Source: a virus
Reading direction: 5' to 3' (one strand)
Length of the DNA stretch: 64,000 nt
IMG/VR virus record: IMGVR_UViG_3300025581_000001
Span: 1 to 64,000 of that record
The number at the start of each line of letters is the position of its first letter. Within the stretch, counting starts at the first letter, position 1. A model generated the notes under the pieces. The model was not told the origin of the DNA, did not search any database, and worked only from the letters and a program-made list of their open reading frames with translations. Below, one piece after another: positions 18,767 to 28,769 of this stretch. The position numbers and the translations under genes were made by a program.

Positions 18767-18970
18767 ATGTCGTTGGGTAATGTGATATCGCTGGTAAGCA
18801 AGCCGGAACCATACTTCAAGACGATGTACCGCTGCCTGACTTGCGGGTCGATACGGCAGTACGGTAACGCGCCGGTGCCGGACAAGGAGTATAAGCCACT
18901 GATTAAGTGCGCAGGCTCTTGTGAGAATGCAGAGCGCCATGAGTTCGTCGAGCTGGAGAAGGTGAACTGA
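18767..18970 (+). CDS. Small zinc-finger protein
   Basis: CLTCG...CAGSC...H; AGGAGG SD. Confidence 0.55.
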   Translation: MSLGNVISLVSKPEPYFKTMYRCLTCGSIRQYGNAPVPDKEYKPLIKCAGSCENAERHEFVELEKVN

Positions 18971-19473
18971 TGGCGAACAAGAACTTACCGTGGCAGGGCG
19001 GTGCAGCAGGCTTCGCCAAGGAAGACCCCAATCATAAGCCGGTCGAGTCGCAGCCGGTGCGCGAGGGCTCGCTGGCGTCGTACCTCGATGGTGGCAAGCC
19101 ACTGGCGCTGCCACCAGTCAACCCGGAAGATATTGTTGCGGTCAATGAAGATGAGAAGGAGGCTTTGAAAGAAGCCATACCAGCGGAAGTGATGGAGCGG
19201 GCACTGGCTAAGCGAGAGCGGCGGGAGAAGGTGCCTCGCATGTCCGATATCCAACGTGCCGTCGACAAGGTGAAGCTGCTGCCTCCCAAGGAGCCGAAGC
19301 GACGCATCGTGCGCGGCGACGTGCTGCTGCACGTGCCCACCAAGCGGCAGGTGACCGTGGTCAAGCCCGACGTGGGGGTGAGCAGCAAGGGCGAGATCAA
19401 GCACCGGGTGATGACTCGTGGGCTGGCACGCAAGTTCGAAGTGCCGGAGTCGGCGTTGGAGGAACTGCCATGA
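18970..19473 (+). CDS. Hypothetical protein
   Basis: Coupled ORF; C-terminal beta-barrel-like segment. Confidence 0.55.
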   Translation: MANKNLPWQGGAAGFAKEDPNHKPVESQPVREGSLASYLDGGKPLALPPVNPEDIVAVNEDEKEALKEAIPAEVMERALAKRERREKVPRMSDIQRAVDKVKLLPPKEPKRRIVRGDVLLHVPTKRQVTVVKPDVGVSSKGEIKHRVMTRGLARKFEVPESALEELP

Positions 19474-19874
19474 TGCTGTTTGGAAAAGGTGAGCTGTATG
19501 TGAAAGTAAGTAAGTTGGGAGAGTCGTTTCGGAAATTTGGTGACGTGTTGGGTGTAAGTTTGTCAGTCTCTGCTGGAAAAGATGTTGCAATGACCAGCAT
19601 GCCATCAGTCTCTGGTGATCCCGGTTATGGTTACGGTGGGTCAGCGATGCTAATGACCCCTGAAGATAGACTTATTGAGTTGATGAAAGAGTCGCAACGA
19701 ACACAAAATTTTATGTCTATCAATGAGTTGCGTCATCAGGCTGGATTGGAGCCAATACCAGGAGGATACGGTGACGTGACTCCTTTCAGCGTAACAGATA
19801 ATCAGAAATTACCTGAGATTCCAGTAATCAGTAATCGCAAGCGGGCGGTGGCGGTCAGGAAGGTGCTGCCGTGA
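19470..19874 (+). CDS. Hypothetical protein containing a portal-C-terminus-like motif
   Basis: MSINELRHQAGLEPIPGG resembles the T/S-x-N-E-x-R...GL-x-P-x-x-GG portal motif. Confidence 0.5.
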   Translation: MMLFGKGELYVKVSKLGESFRKFGDVLGVSLSVSAGKDVAMTSMPSVSGDPGYGYGGSAMLMTPEDRLIELMKESQRTQNFMSINELRHQAGLEPIPGGYGDVTPFSVTDNQKLPEIPVISNRKRAVAVRKVLP

Positions 19875-20152
19875 GTCTGTGCGACGATGAATACGGATGT
19901 CTTGCGATAGGGGGTAGCATGGCTTGGAAAGACAAAGCGCAGCAGCACTTGGAGACCAAGAAGCCGAAGTCGAAGTTGTTGTCAGTTTCGATGCGCGTGC
20001 TTATCGCAGACCTCAAGGACTACGAGACCAAGTGGTCGCAGTGGGAGCAAGGCTTCATTGCCAGCATTGAGGAGCGGCTGGATGATGCGAAGTTCATTAC
20101 TGATGACCAGTGTGACAAATTGCAAGAACTGTGGGAAAGGCACGTGCGATGA
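19871..20152 (+). CDS. Hypothetical protein
   Basis: WEQGFIASI...TDDQCDKL helical motif; start may be ATG 19919. Confidence 0.5.
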   Translation: MSLCDDEYGCLAIGGSMAWKDKAQQHLETKKPKSKLLSVSMRVLIADLKDYETKWSQWEQGFIASIEERLDDAKFITDDQCDKLQELWERHVR

Positions 20153-20601
20153 GGAAGCACGCCAGTGTGAAGGACGGCAGGCTGTGGCGCACCTACGGAA
20201 TACGCGAGGCTGAGCGTGAGCGGAAAGAGAAGGAGCAGCACGGTAAGTGTGAGGTCTGCGGTAAGTCACTCAATGTCAAAGGTGAGAAGCTGACGTTGTG
20301 CGTCGATCACGATCACAAGGCGCGATACATTAAGTGCGGAACTCGCTATGCATATCCACAGGCTGGGGAGCCAGTGGGCTGGGTCGCTGCCGCTAAGTAT
20401 CGAAGCCATATATTTGTTGGGTATGGCAAGACGAAGTCAGCGGCACTGAAAGACGTGCGGCATCAGTTAAAGCGGCGCTCAGTGCGTGGGCTGATTTGCT
20501 GGCCATGCAACCGGGCGATTCGTGCGTTCAGCGACGACCCAGTGAAGCTGAGGTCAGCGGCGAAGTATTTGGAGAAGCATCTGAGGGAGGCAAGCATATG
20601 A
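20149..20601 (+). CDS. Endonuclease VII-like (His-Me finger) nuclease
   Basis: CEVCG...LCVDHDH...VRGLICWPCNRAI...D...L..A..YL. Confidence 0.8.
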   Translation: MRKHASVKDGRLWRTYGIREAERERKEKEQHGKCEVCGKSLNVKGEKLTLCVDHDHKARYIKCGTRYAYPQAGEPVGWVAAAKYRSHIFVGYGKTKSAALKDVRHQLKRRSVRGLICWPCNRAIRAFSDDPVKLRSAAKYLEKHLREASI

Positions 20602-20876
20602 AACTGTTAGCGTTCAAACGTAATTTGATTCTCGACGAACTCTGGATAGCTGGGTTGTGGAGCATCCGGCGAATCCATGGATGGCCACCTCACTTCCAGT
20701 TATTGAATTGGAAGTACAGGTAGAAAGGGGGACGAATGCTGCTTCTCATTCTGCTTTTGGAAGTTGGCATTTACGTGGCAAAGATCATCCACGTTGGAAG
20801 CGGGTAGGAAAATCCGAGTGGTGCATCCGCCTGTGTCAGGTAGGTTCACCACTCGCCAAGCAAGGGAGAAGTGACT

Positions 20877-21359
20877 ATGATGACGGCGCAGGAGTTCTGT
20901 GAAGAATTGCAGGACGTACCAGTCGATGACTGGCTGAATGAACTGCGCTGCTGCTTCGCTCCGAACGCGGTTGTGTTTCTAGGAGGCAAGTTTAGCGTTA
21001 CGATAAAGCAACAGGCGCGTGAGATTCAGAGTGGCTATCGTAACGTGGTGCGTGCATATGTGGTTGGGCGGGATACTGTCGAAGTCAGCGATGGCGAGTT
21101 CAAGCAGTTGTTGGAGTTCTGTGAATGCAACCCCGGCAAGAAAGTGGTTGTGGTCGCCAACAAGCCACACCAGATGGTGGGACTTTACAGTGTGCTAGCG
21201 CGGTGCCTTCCCTATGCAGAGCGCTCGGAGTTTATGCTGAGGTTGGAGAATGGTGTAACAGTGAAGTTTGATTTGCGAGAGAATGGAATCCCGTTTGCGG
21301 GTTGCTGCTTCGATGCAGTCTATTTTTGTGAGGATGACGAATGTCCGGCGCCCGAATAG
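20877..21359 (+). CDS. Hypothetical protein resembling a degenerate terminase ATPase fragment
   Basis: VVVVAN...LENGVTVKF...GCCFDAVYFCE echoes the NGS.I.F...G...D.V..DE pattern. Confidence 0.4.
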   Translation: MMTAQEFCEELQDVPVDDWLNELRCCFAPNAVVFLGGKFSVTIKQQAREIQSGYRNVVRAYVVGRDTVEVSDGEFKQLLEFCECNPGKKVVVVANKPHQMVGLYSVLARCLPYAERSEFMLRLENGVTVKFDLRENGIPFAGCCFDAVYFCEDDECPAPE

Positions 21360-22360
21360 CGTTCCTGCCAGCTAACGCGCATGATGGTTGCGCGATGTGG
21401 AGGCTCTGGATGCCGCATTTGCGGACGTCGGAGTCGCGCTACTTCTCGCAGGCCCCGGTGCCCTTCAAGGCGCTGGCCGGGTGCAACGTGGTGGTGGTGC
21501 AGCGCTTGGCGTCGTATGAGAACTATGCGACCTTGGAGAAGTTCAAGAAGATTGGGTTGGGCATTATCTATGACCTTGATGATGACATGTGGGCGGTCGC
21601 AGCGTCGAATCCTGCAGCTCCCATCATCAAGCGGCTGCGCGGCGAGATGGCGGGCTTCGACGAGTGCTCGAAGTTGGCCGACGTGGTGACCGTCTCGACC
21701 GGACGGCTGGAGTCGTCGGTGAAGACTAACATGAAGCACGGGGTGCCGACGCGGGTGGTGATGAACGCGGTCGAGATGGCACTGTTCCGGCCTTCGGTGT
21801 TGCCCAAGAATCCAGACCGCGTGGTTATAGGTTGGGGTGGTTCAGCTACACACGCTGAAGACTTGCGCGAGATGGGCGACGCCCCGCTGGCGCTGCTGCG
21901 CGTTGAACCGAAGGCGTTCCTGCACTTCGTCGGTATGATTCCCGACAAGCGGTATATTGGCAACCCACGCATCCTGGCCCACGGCTGGGTGCCAGTGCAC
22001 GAGTACGCGGTGCGCCTGAGCACGTGGAACTGGGACGTGTACCTTGCTCCCTTGACTGATAGTCGTTTCAATCGAGCCAAGAGTGGAATCAAGGCATATG
22101 AGGCCGGGGCCATGAAGATACCCTGCCTGATGTCGGACGTGCAGCCGTTCCGCGAGTTCGTTTGCCACGACAAGGAGCTGGAGTGGCTGCTGTGTCGTTC
22201 GCCGAAAGATTGGTTGGATAAGCTGCGCGAGCTGGTGAATGATAAGCAATTGCGCGAGCATCTTGGGGAGCGGTGCTACGAGGTGGTGCGGGAGCACTTC
22301 TCAATGGAGAAGCGGGCTCCGGTGTGGAAGCAAATCTACGATTCAGTGGTGCACTCATGA
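21341..22360 (+). CDS. Glycosyltransferase, GT-B fold (GT4-like)
   Basis: IIYDLDDD, ADVVTVST, IGWGGSATH, LAPL..SRFNRAKS.IKAYE. Confidence 0.85.
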   Translation: MSGARIAFLPANAHDGCAMWRLWMPHLRTSESRYFSQAPVPFKALAGCNVVVVQRLASYENYATLEKFKKIGLGIIYDLDDDMWAVAASNPAAPIIKRLRGEMAGFDECSKLADVVTVSTGRLESSVKTNMKHGVPTRVVMNAVEMALFRPSVLPKNPDRVVIGWGGSATHAEDLREMGDAPLALLRVEPKAFLHFVGMIPDKRYIGNPRILAHGWVPVHEYAVRLSTWNWDVYLAPLTDSRFNRAKSGIKAYEAGAMKIPCLMSDVQPFREFVCHDKELEWLLCRSPKDWLDKLRELVNDKQLREHLGERCYEVVREHFSMEKRAPVWKQIYDSVVHS

Positions 22361-22632
22361 ATGAGATTGTAGCGTTGACCAATGCAAGATTTGTTCTTAT
22401 TGTGTTGTCCGTCGGTGCTTTTTCTATCGCTGCATTGTTGGCTATCTATGTCGCCAGCGTGAAGGTGCAAGCACGGCTGGAGGTCAAGTCGCAGCCACGC
22501 GCTCCCTTCTTCGAATGTGATAAGCATGGGGTCTTTCAGAAGAAGCATCTTATCCACCACCTTGGCCAGTCCATATGTCCTTACTGCTTCAATGAGCGCG
22601 TCAAGACTAAGCTTGATGGGACGATGCGATAA
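22357..22632 (+). CDS. Single-TM protein with a C-terminal zinc ribbon
   Basis: Hydrophobic helix then CDKHG...CPYC. Confidence 0.55.
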   Translation: MNEIVALTNARFVLIVLSVGAFSIAALLAIYVASVKVQARLEVKSQPRAPFFECDKHGVFQKKHLIHHLGQSICPYCFNERVKTKLDGTMR

Positions 22633-22814
22633 GGAGAGAGAGAATGCTTGGTAAGCTACTTTGTGTACTTGGAATTCACGACTTGATGCCTATGCGAGAT
22701 GCACATCCTGAAAAGGCGACGAACTCTAGAGTCGATGAGTGCCGTGCTTGCAAGAGATGTGATGCATGGTTTTGGTTTGCAGGATCGTCATTCAGCAGGA
22801 TAAAGATTAATTAA

Positions 22815-23648
22815 ATGAACCCTCAGTTCCAGCGCCTGTTGTTCGTGATGCCCGACGATGAGGAGACCTACATCGCAGCGATGGCTGCCGTCTCTGCCTA
22901 CGTGGGCAAGCTGAACGCTGCCGGGGTGCGCACCGAGGTGAGCCTGGTGGGGCACGAGACTTGGCTGAGCGGCTTGCTTGTGCCTCCTGCCTTCAGGATG
23001 TTCGAGACGGTGGACGCGGCGGGCGGCGGTTATGACTTGGCAGTTGAGCTTACGCAGGAGCGAGCTGCGCAGCTGGCGAACGCGACCAGCCAGTCGTGCG
23101 CGACCGGGTTCGGTACGCTGCTGGGCTTCGAGGGCGTCAGCGAGTTGGTGCGCATCAATTCGCTGCCCGAGCCGCAGTACGACATCGGCGTGGTGTGGTG
23201 GAATAATGGTGGTACTTGCGCGAAGTTTTCTGAGGCGCTCAGTCGCATGGATGGCAACATTAAAATGCGTGCTGTGGCTGAAGCGTCGCTTGAGTTGAAG
23301 CCGAGAAGTGACGGTATATCTACATTGTGCGAAGCGATACGAAGAGAAGGTGAGTACAAGGTGGCACTCGACTGTTCATTGCTTATCGGGATGCGCTCGC
23401 CTTTGACCTACCTTGCGGCGTGCGCTGGGCGAGCGGTTATCGAGTTGTACCCGGTCGACGAGTACGAGAAGTCGTTCTTCGCCAAGTGGTCGTCGAACAA
23501 CTACTGGATGATGCTGCTGGATAATCGGCAGGCGATAGAGCAGAACTACGGAACGCTGTGGCGCTCATTCGAGCGGATATGGGGGCAACTTGACAGAGCG
23601 CGACGAAGAAGAGTTCTTCAACCAGCCGCTGCTGACGCGACGCCGTAG
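22815..23648 (+). CDS. Divergent GT9-like protein
   Basis: YDLAVEL, LLIGMRSPLTYLAACAGRAVIELYP. Confidence 0.5.
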   Translation: MNPQFQRLLFVMPDDEETYIAAMAAVSAYVGKLNAAGVRTEVSLVGHETWLSGLLVPPAFRMFETVDAAGGGYDLAVELTQERAAQLANATSQSCATGFGTLLGFEGVSELVRINSLPEPQYDIGVVWWNNGGTCAKFSEALSRMDGNIKMRAVAEASLELKPRSDGISTLCEAIRREGEYKVALDCSLLIGMRSPLTYLAACAGRAVIELYPVDEYEKSFFAKWSSNNYWMMLLDNRQAIEQNYGTLWRSFERIWGQLDRARRRRVLQPAAADATP

Positions 23649-24081
23649 GACGAACCCCGACGGCTCGAACAACATCGCCTGCAGGAAGTGCGGGCGCATC
23701 ATCGCCAGTGGAGCACGGGAGCGCATGGTGACCGCCACCTGCCACGAGTGCTACACCGGCGGGGTCGAGCCCAAGCAGGTGCCGGTGGTGCAGGGCGTGC
23801 CGAGGCCCGACTTGGTGGTCGAGTCGCAGGACGAGCTGCTGGAGGCTATCTGGAAGGGCGAGCATGGGGCGGAGGTGGGCACCATTGAGCGTCAGACGCG
23901 ACGCCGCTGGTCGCCGCTCGACCTGGTGGCCGGAGGCTTCAAGGCGCTGGGCTTCTCACAGCACAAGAAGGCGGAGCCACCGAAGGATGTGGTGTACGAC
24001 ACGATGGATCAGGAGACCTCGAAGCAGGTGGCCAAGAGAAAACAGAGAATCCCCATATTCAAGAAGGAGGAAGGGCAATGA
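23590..24081 (+). CDS. Zinc-finger hypothetical protein
   Basis: CRKCG...CHEC. Confidence 0.5.
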   Translation: MTERDEEEFFNQPLLTRRRRTNPDGSNNIACRKCGRIIASGARERMVTATCHECYTGGVEPKQVPVVQGVPRPDLVVESQDELLEAIWKGEHGAEVGTIERQTRRRWSPLDLVAGGFKALGFSQHKKAEPPKDVVYDTMDQETSKQVAKRKQRIPIFKKEEGQ

Positions 24082-24407
24082 GTGACATAGCGACGCCAGC
24101 CGAGCGTCCGACAGTGAAGCCAGGCGACGTGTTCGAGATGCCGTGTGCCAACCCGCAGTGCGCCAAGCAGATGCAGTTGGACATACCACGCATTGAGGTG
24201 GTCAACCAGCGCAGCTACTCGGCGTACCACTTCGGGCACGAGAACCTGCAGACCTGCGAGCATTGTGGTCTGTCCTACGTGTTCTGCCTGCTGCCGTGGG
24301 GTTCAGGCTTCACCTTCCGCCCGGTGCAGGTGGAGAAGGAGAGTCGTATCATCGCGGCGCAGGGCAACGCGTGGACTGACCGTGAACTGAAGAAGAAGGA
24401 AAACTGA
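24078..24407 (+). CDS. Zinc-ribbon hypothetical protein
   Basis: CANPQC...CEHCG; AGGAGG upstream. Confidence 0.55.
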   Translation: MSDIATPAERPTVKPGDVFEMPCANPQCAKQMQLDIPRIEVVNQRSYSAYHFGHENLQTCEHCGLSYVFCLLPWGSGFTFRPVQVEKESRIIAAQGNAWTDRELKKKEN

Positions 24408-24569
24408 AATGCCGCCTTTGGATGGTGAGTTGCGTCCATGCAAGATGCTGGTGCGTAAGGATGCTGATGGTCACATTATAGAAGTAACTACAGCATTAAA
24501 TCCTGATGGTTCACCTGCAGATGCACCTCCCGGATTTGAGTGGATAGATGCTACTTCTGAAAGCTGGGA

Positions 24570-25118
24570 ATGGAGACGAGAATGAAGGCAAGCAAACAAG
24601 TAGTTCCTGATTACCGCGAGAAGCTCCGCAAACTGGCGCAGCAGTATTTCGAGTCGTTCTGCCCGCGAGTCAAGCCGCTGTTCCCGTGGGTGCTGCTTTA
24701 CGTGTTGCCCAAGGAGCAAAAGACCGATGGAGGCTTGTGGATGCCCGACCTTGACGGTCAGAAGAAGCAGCACAAAGCAACGCTGGAAGGCATCGTGCTG
24801 CGTACTTGGGACGATGGTGGTTTTGTGCGACACCTTCTTAATGCCGATGGTAAGAGTAAATCCTTTGTTATTGCAACGGAATTTAGTCCTGGCGACGTGG
24901 TCGCTTTCCCGCACTGGGCAGGCTGGCCTCCTGACCCCGAGCACAGTCGAGACTTTCGTATGGTGAAGGAGTATGAGACTGAGACCTCGAAGCAGTTCCC
25001 CGGAGGCGACACCATCTTCGGCATCATGGAGCACGATGCCAAGTCGTCGTACCGGCAGATCGAGGAAGCAGTCGCGCCCATCCTGCGCGAGTGGCAGATG
25101 TTGGCAGTGAAAGAATGA
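24570..25118 (+). CDS. GroES/Cpn10-like co-chaperonin
   Basis: VKPLFPWVLL...EQKTDGGLWMPD...EGIVL...PGDVVAF. Confidence 0.65.
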   Translation: METRMKASKQVVPDYREKLRKLAQQYFESFCPRVKPLFPWVLLYVLPKEQKTDGGLWMPDLDGQKKQHKATLEGIVLRTWDDGGFVRHLLNADGKSKSFVIATEFSPGDVVAFPHWAGWPPDPEHSRDFRMVKEYETETSKQFPGGDTIFGIMEHDAKSSYRQIEEAVAPILREWQMLAVKE

Positions 25119-25161
25119 ATGCTGGCCGGTATGACCACTTCAGAAGTTCAGGTCGTTATGA

Positions 25162-27852
25162 ATGCCGATAACTCTACTGCAGGGCCGGAAAGTTTATAAC
25201 CAGCCAGACACCGGCCTCGTCCGCGACCAACTGCAATGGCTGCAGGATACATTCAACAAGTATGGAGCCGCCTACTGGGTACGCTCCATGCTGTGGATTC
25301 TGAAGAAGAATCCTGAGCCTGATACTAAGCAATTCGTCCCATCAGCACAGTGGATGCGTCGCCTTGTTCCCTTCCGCTACAACCGCATCCAGCACGATCT
25401 AGAGCGCACTATGGGGAAGCGCAATATCTGCTGCAAGCCTCGGCAGGCCGGGTATTGCGTGGATGGCGACGTCGAGGTTGTGCTGCCTAATGGCCGCATT
25501 ATTAAGTACCGCAAGCTGACCAAGAGTAGTCATGTGCTCGACGAGTTTGGGAAGCCTATACCCATCAAGAATACTTACATCATCCCTGACTTCGCTCATG
25601 AATACAAAGGCGCAGCTACTACGGTGTTCAGCACTGCGCAGGCCAACGGCGTCACCGTGGCTCCTAATCATCCGTGGCTGACCCAGCGTGGTATGGTCGA
25701 GGCGCAACATCTGACTACCAGCGACTATCTGGCGCAGCCCATGTGCAAGCTGGAAGCCAGCACCATGCTGAAGCCTCGCGAGACTGGAGTGGTGGCTGGG
25801 CTGAAGTTCGGCGGAGTGAGTATCAAAGATTGCAGCATCACAGTGCGTAAGTCGTCGCCGGAGAAGCGCAGCTACGTCGAGGTGCACACCTTGCCACGAG
25901 TGCGAGCGGTGCTGCATGGGCAGCCGCTGCAAGGAAGCGCAATGATCAAGTGGGTCAAGACCGCATTGGGCGAGAAGCGCATGACTGACGCGGTGTTTAA
26001 GTATGGTCGTGAGTTTCTAGTCGGATTGCTTGAAGGCTGGTTGGTGGGGCGTGGGCATTGGCTGCGGCGGTCGATTACAGTAACGACATCGCGGGTGGTG
26101 GAGATGAACCTTATCCGGCAGGTATGCTTGGCGCTGGGTGTTGGCCTGCCCTACTTAGACGGTGAGACCCTGCGATTCCAAGGTGACTGCTACGACCGGC
26201 TGCATGACCTGCTGTACGGTGGCAAGCGACTGGACGACGGTAAGCGGCGCGATCAGTATGTTGATGGGGATTACACTTATGTTCGGGTACGCAAGACAGC
26301 CAAGACGAAGTGTGCTGAGTTTTTCGACATCGAGGTAGACAGCGACTCCCACTTGTACTGGCTGCCCATCGGCCTGACCCACAACACTACATTCTTTATC
26401 AACCGTCGCCTGTTCCTGCCCGCTATCCTGGAGCCGGGCTCTGGCGGTTTGCTCATCTCGCAGACCCACGGCTATGCGGCGCAGCACTTTCGCATCCTGC
26501 AGCGCGCCTACCGTTATGTCGGGGTGGTTGACCCTATCGACTATGAGAAGAATCTGCTGAGCCGCCAGCTTAAAGAAAACCTGTTGCATCTGCGGTACTC
26601 GAACCGCAAGGAACTGATCTTCGATCAGATTGATTCGTCGATTCTGGTGGAATCGGCGGAGGTGGAGGAAGCCGGTCAGGGCATTACCCTGTCGCATCTT
26701 CACGGTACCGAGGTCAGCCGCTGGCCGGGCAACCCCGAGGAGACGCTGGCTAACCTGAAGGAGGCGGTATCGGCTGGCGGAACTGTTGACCTTGAGGCGA
26801 CCCCGAACGGGCAAGGCGGATACTTCTTCGAGGAGTATAACCGGGCCAAGCGCGGCGGCAAGGATGTGGAGTTTGTCGCCCACTTCCATGAGTGGTTCTG
26901 GCACGATGAGTACCGGCTGGAACCTGCTATGGAAGAAGGCGAGTTGGATGAGGAAGAGCGGCGCAAGAAGATGCTCTTCGACTTGGACATGGAGCAGATG
27001 ACGTGGCGGCGCAAGAAGATCGTGCAGCTGCGGCACAACTTCAAGGAGAAGTACCCAGAGAACGATGTCGATTGTTTCTTGAGCAACTCTCGCATGTTCT
27101 TCGACTCGGAGATTGCGTCTGCCCGCACCGACGAGCTATCGGTGTACAAGCCACTCAGTGTGGAGCGCAACGGTGAGGTCGTCTTCTTCCAGAAGCCGAT
27201 TCGGGGGAGGAAGTACGTGCTGGGTGGTGACCCGGCTGAGGGCAAGCAGATCAACAATGAGGAGTCGGACTGGAGCGCGGCCAAGGTTATCGACGAGGAG
27301 ACCGGCGAGGACTGCTGCGCGTTGCGGGTCAAGGAGCCGCCGGAGGACTTCGGTGCAGACTGTGTGGAGCTGGGTGAGTACTACAACAATGCAATGGCGG
27401 TGATCGAGAGGAACAACCACGGCGGCACCGTCATCCTGGCGATGCGCGAGCTCGGTTATGGAAATATCTATAAGCACCGCGAATGGACGAAGCGCGACCG
27501 CAGGCGCATGGGCAAGAACCAGAACCAGGGCGATGCCAAGCAGTGGCAGGAGTTCGAGGGCTGGCCGGAGAACGTTAAGACCCGTAAGCTGCTGCTGAAC
27601 AAGGCAGCGGAGTTCATGCGGCATTATCCTGAGTACGTGTGGGACTACGACATGATGTCGGAGATCAAGACCTTCATCTACGACGAGAAGGGCGTGCCCA
27701 AGGCGATGGAGAACTACCACGATGATCGAGTGTTCGCTTGGGCGCTGGCGCACATCGGTCGGCTGGTGAACTTAGGTTATATAGACCCTCTGACTTGGAA
27801 AACACGCCGTTACGGGGAGACAGAAGATGAGACGGAATCAGAGGCTGCTTGA
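25162..27852 (+). CDS. terL: Terminase large subunit with an intein in the Walker A motif
   Basis: KPRQAGY|TT Walker A, LHGTEV Walker B, EATPNG, YVLGGDPAEG, IERNNHG, HDDRVFAWALA. Confidence 0.92.
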   Translation: MPITLLQGRKVYNQPDTGLVRDQLQWLQDTFNKYGAAYWVRSMLWILKKNPEPDTKQFVPSAQWMRRLVPFRYNRIQHDLERTMGKRNICCKPRQAGYCVDGDVEVVLPNGRIIKYRKLTKSSHVLDEFGKPIPIKNTYIIPDFAHEYKGAATTVFSTAQANGVTVAPNHPWLTQRGMVEAQHLTTSDYLAQPMCKLEASTMLKPRETGVVAGLKFGGVSIKDCSITVRKSSPEKRSYVEVHTLPRVRAVLHGQPLQGSAMIKWVKTALGEKRMTDAVFKYGREFLVGLLEGWLVGRGHWLRRSITVTTSRVVEMNLIRQVCLALGVGLPYLDGETLRFQGDCYDRLHDLLYGGKRLDDGKRRDQYVDGDYTYVRVRKTAKTKCAEFFDIEVDSDSHLYWLPIGLTHNTTFFINRRLFLPAILEPGSGGLLISQTHGYAAQHFRILQRAYRYVGVVDPIDYEKNLLSRQLKENLLHLRYSNRKELIFDQIDSSILVESAEVEEAGQGITLSHLHGTEVSRWPGNPEETLANLKEAVSAGGTVDLEATPNGQGGYFFEEYNRAKRGGKDVEFVAHFHEWFWHDEYRLEPAMEEGELDEEERRKKMLFDLDMEQMTWRRKKIVQLRHNFKEKYPENDVDCFLSNSRMFFDSEIASARTDELSVYKPLSVERNGEVVFFQKPIRGRKYVLGGDPAEGKQINNEESDWSAAKVIDEETGEDCCALRVKEPPEDFGADCVELGEYYNNAMAVIERNNHGGTVILAMRELGYGNIYKHREWTKRDRRRMGKNQNQGDAKQWQEFEGWPENVKTRKLLLNKAAEFMRHYPEYVWDYDMMSEIKTFIYDEKGVPKAMENYHDDRVFAWALAHIGRLVNLGYIDPLTWKTRRYGETEDETESEAA
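25456..26385 (+). mobile_element. Intein (310 aa) with a degenerate LAGLIDADG-like middle region
   Basis: Starts CVDGD, block B VAPNHPWLT, ends FFDIEV...LTHN followed by Thr. Confidence 0.9.
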
Positions 27853-27890
27853 TGAACAAAAAGGCGCATGAACACTAACTAGAATAGTTC

Positions 27891-27939
27891 TTGACACCTT
27901 CTCCAGTTCATTTATAATAATAGCGACGCCGAAGAAGCG
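27891..27939 (+). promoter_or_regulatory. Sigma70-type promoter, copy 1 (early cassette 1)
   Basis: TTGACA-16nt-TATAAT then AATAGCGACGCCGAAGAAGCG; near-identical copy at 38634. Confidence 0.85.
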
Positions 27940-27985
27940 CCAAGGCCACTATCCGGTGGCCTTAATCTTTTGAAGGAGCAAGACA

Positions 27986-28228
27986 ATGTTTACTGGCTAC
28001 CAGAGGTTAATCAGCGACGCAACGGGCGTCGTCGACACAGTGACGCTTGAGCAGATTGAAAGCATTATGCGCCACGACATTTTCCATTCAACATTGGATT
28101 GGCAGACGGCTGTGCAGTTACTCAAGGCCGCGAAGCAAGCGTATGAAATGTTTAAGGTCATGCGCGATGCAGCGGCTGACCTTGACCCATTGGTGAACGA
28201 GCCCGGATACCGCGAGTGGACTCGTTAG
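27986..28228 (+). CDS. Hypothetical protein
   Basis: GAAGGAG SD; first gene after the promoter. Confidence 0.65.
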   Translation: MFTGYQRLISDATGVVDTVTLEQIESIMRHDIFHSTLDWQTAVQLLKAAKQAYEMFKVMRDAAADLDPLVNEPGYREWTR

Positions 28229-28267
28229 TTCAACCATCAACCTTAACCTTTTTGATGGAGAAGAAAA

Positions 28268-28558
28268 ATGTTAGCTGGCAAATGTACCATTTGCAGTAAG
28301 CCTGCGAAGTTCGAGGCTTGCACCACTTGCTCGAACCGCGCCGAGGACTTGGCCTTCGAGAAAGCCATCACCATCGCCGCCGCGCTCGACTTCCTTGCGC
28401 GTGACCGCAGCCAACAAATCCAACGCTCCATGAACAGCGACCTGCGCGACATGAAGTACGTGGCGCGCCACAGCCACCCCATCGTCAGCCGCGAGCTGGT
28501 GTTCGCCCCCAACAAGACCGTATCCGACTGGCAACTGAGACTGAGGGGGGTGCAATGA
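28268..28558 (+). CDS. Zinc-finger hypothetical protein
   Basis: CTIC...CTTC; GGAG SD. Confidence 0.55.
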   Translation: MLAGKCTICSKPAKFEACTTCSNRAEDLAFEKAITIAAALDFLARDRSQQIQRSMNSDLRDMKYVARHSHPIVSRELVFAPNKTVSDWQLRLRGVQ

Positions 28559-28746
28559 AAAAGTTCGCTGTGTACTACAAAGCTTATGGGTTGAATGTAG
28601 AAACTTACATTCACGTTTTTGCTCGCGATGCAGATGATGCAAAATCATTTGTCAATCTTGACGGAGTGGGTTTTGAAGGTTCTAAGGTTGTATATCCCGA
28701 TGAAATTACTCACGTCGAAGAGGTAAAACCCCTACTTAGGAGTTAG
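28555..28746 (+). CDS. Hypothetical protein
   Basis: Coupled ORF, GAGGGG SD. Confidence 0.5.
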   Translation: MKKFAVYYKAYGLNVETYIHVFARDADDAKSFVNLDGVGFEGSKVVYPDEITHVEEVKPLLRS

Positions 28747-28769
28747 CTCGCGTTGAAGAGGAGAAGCAA

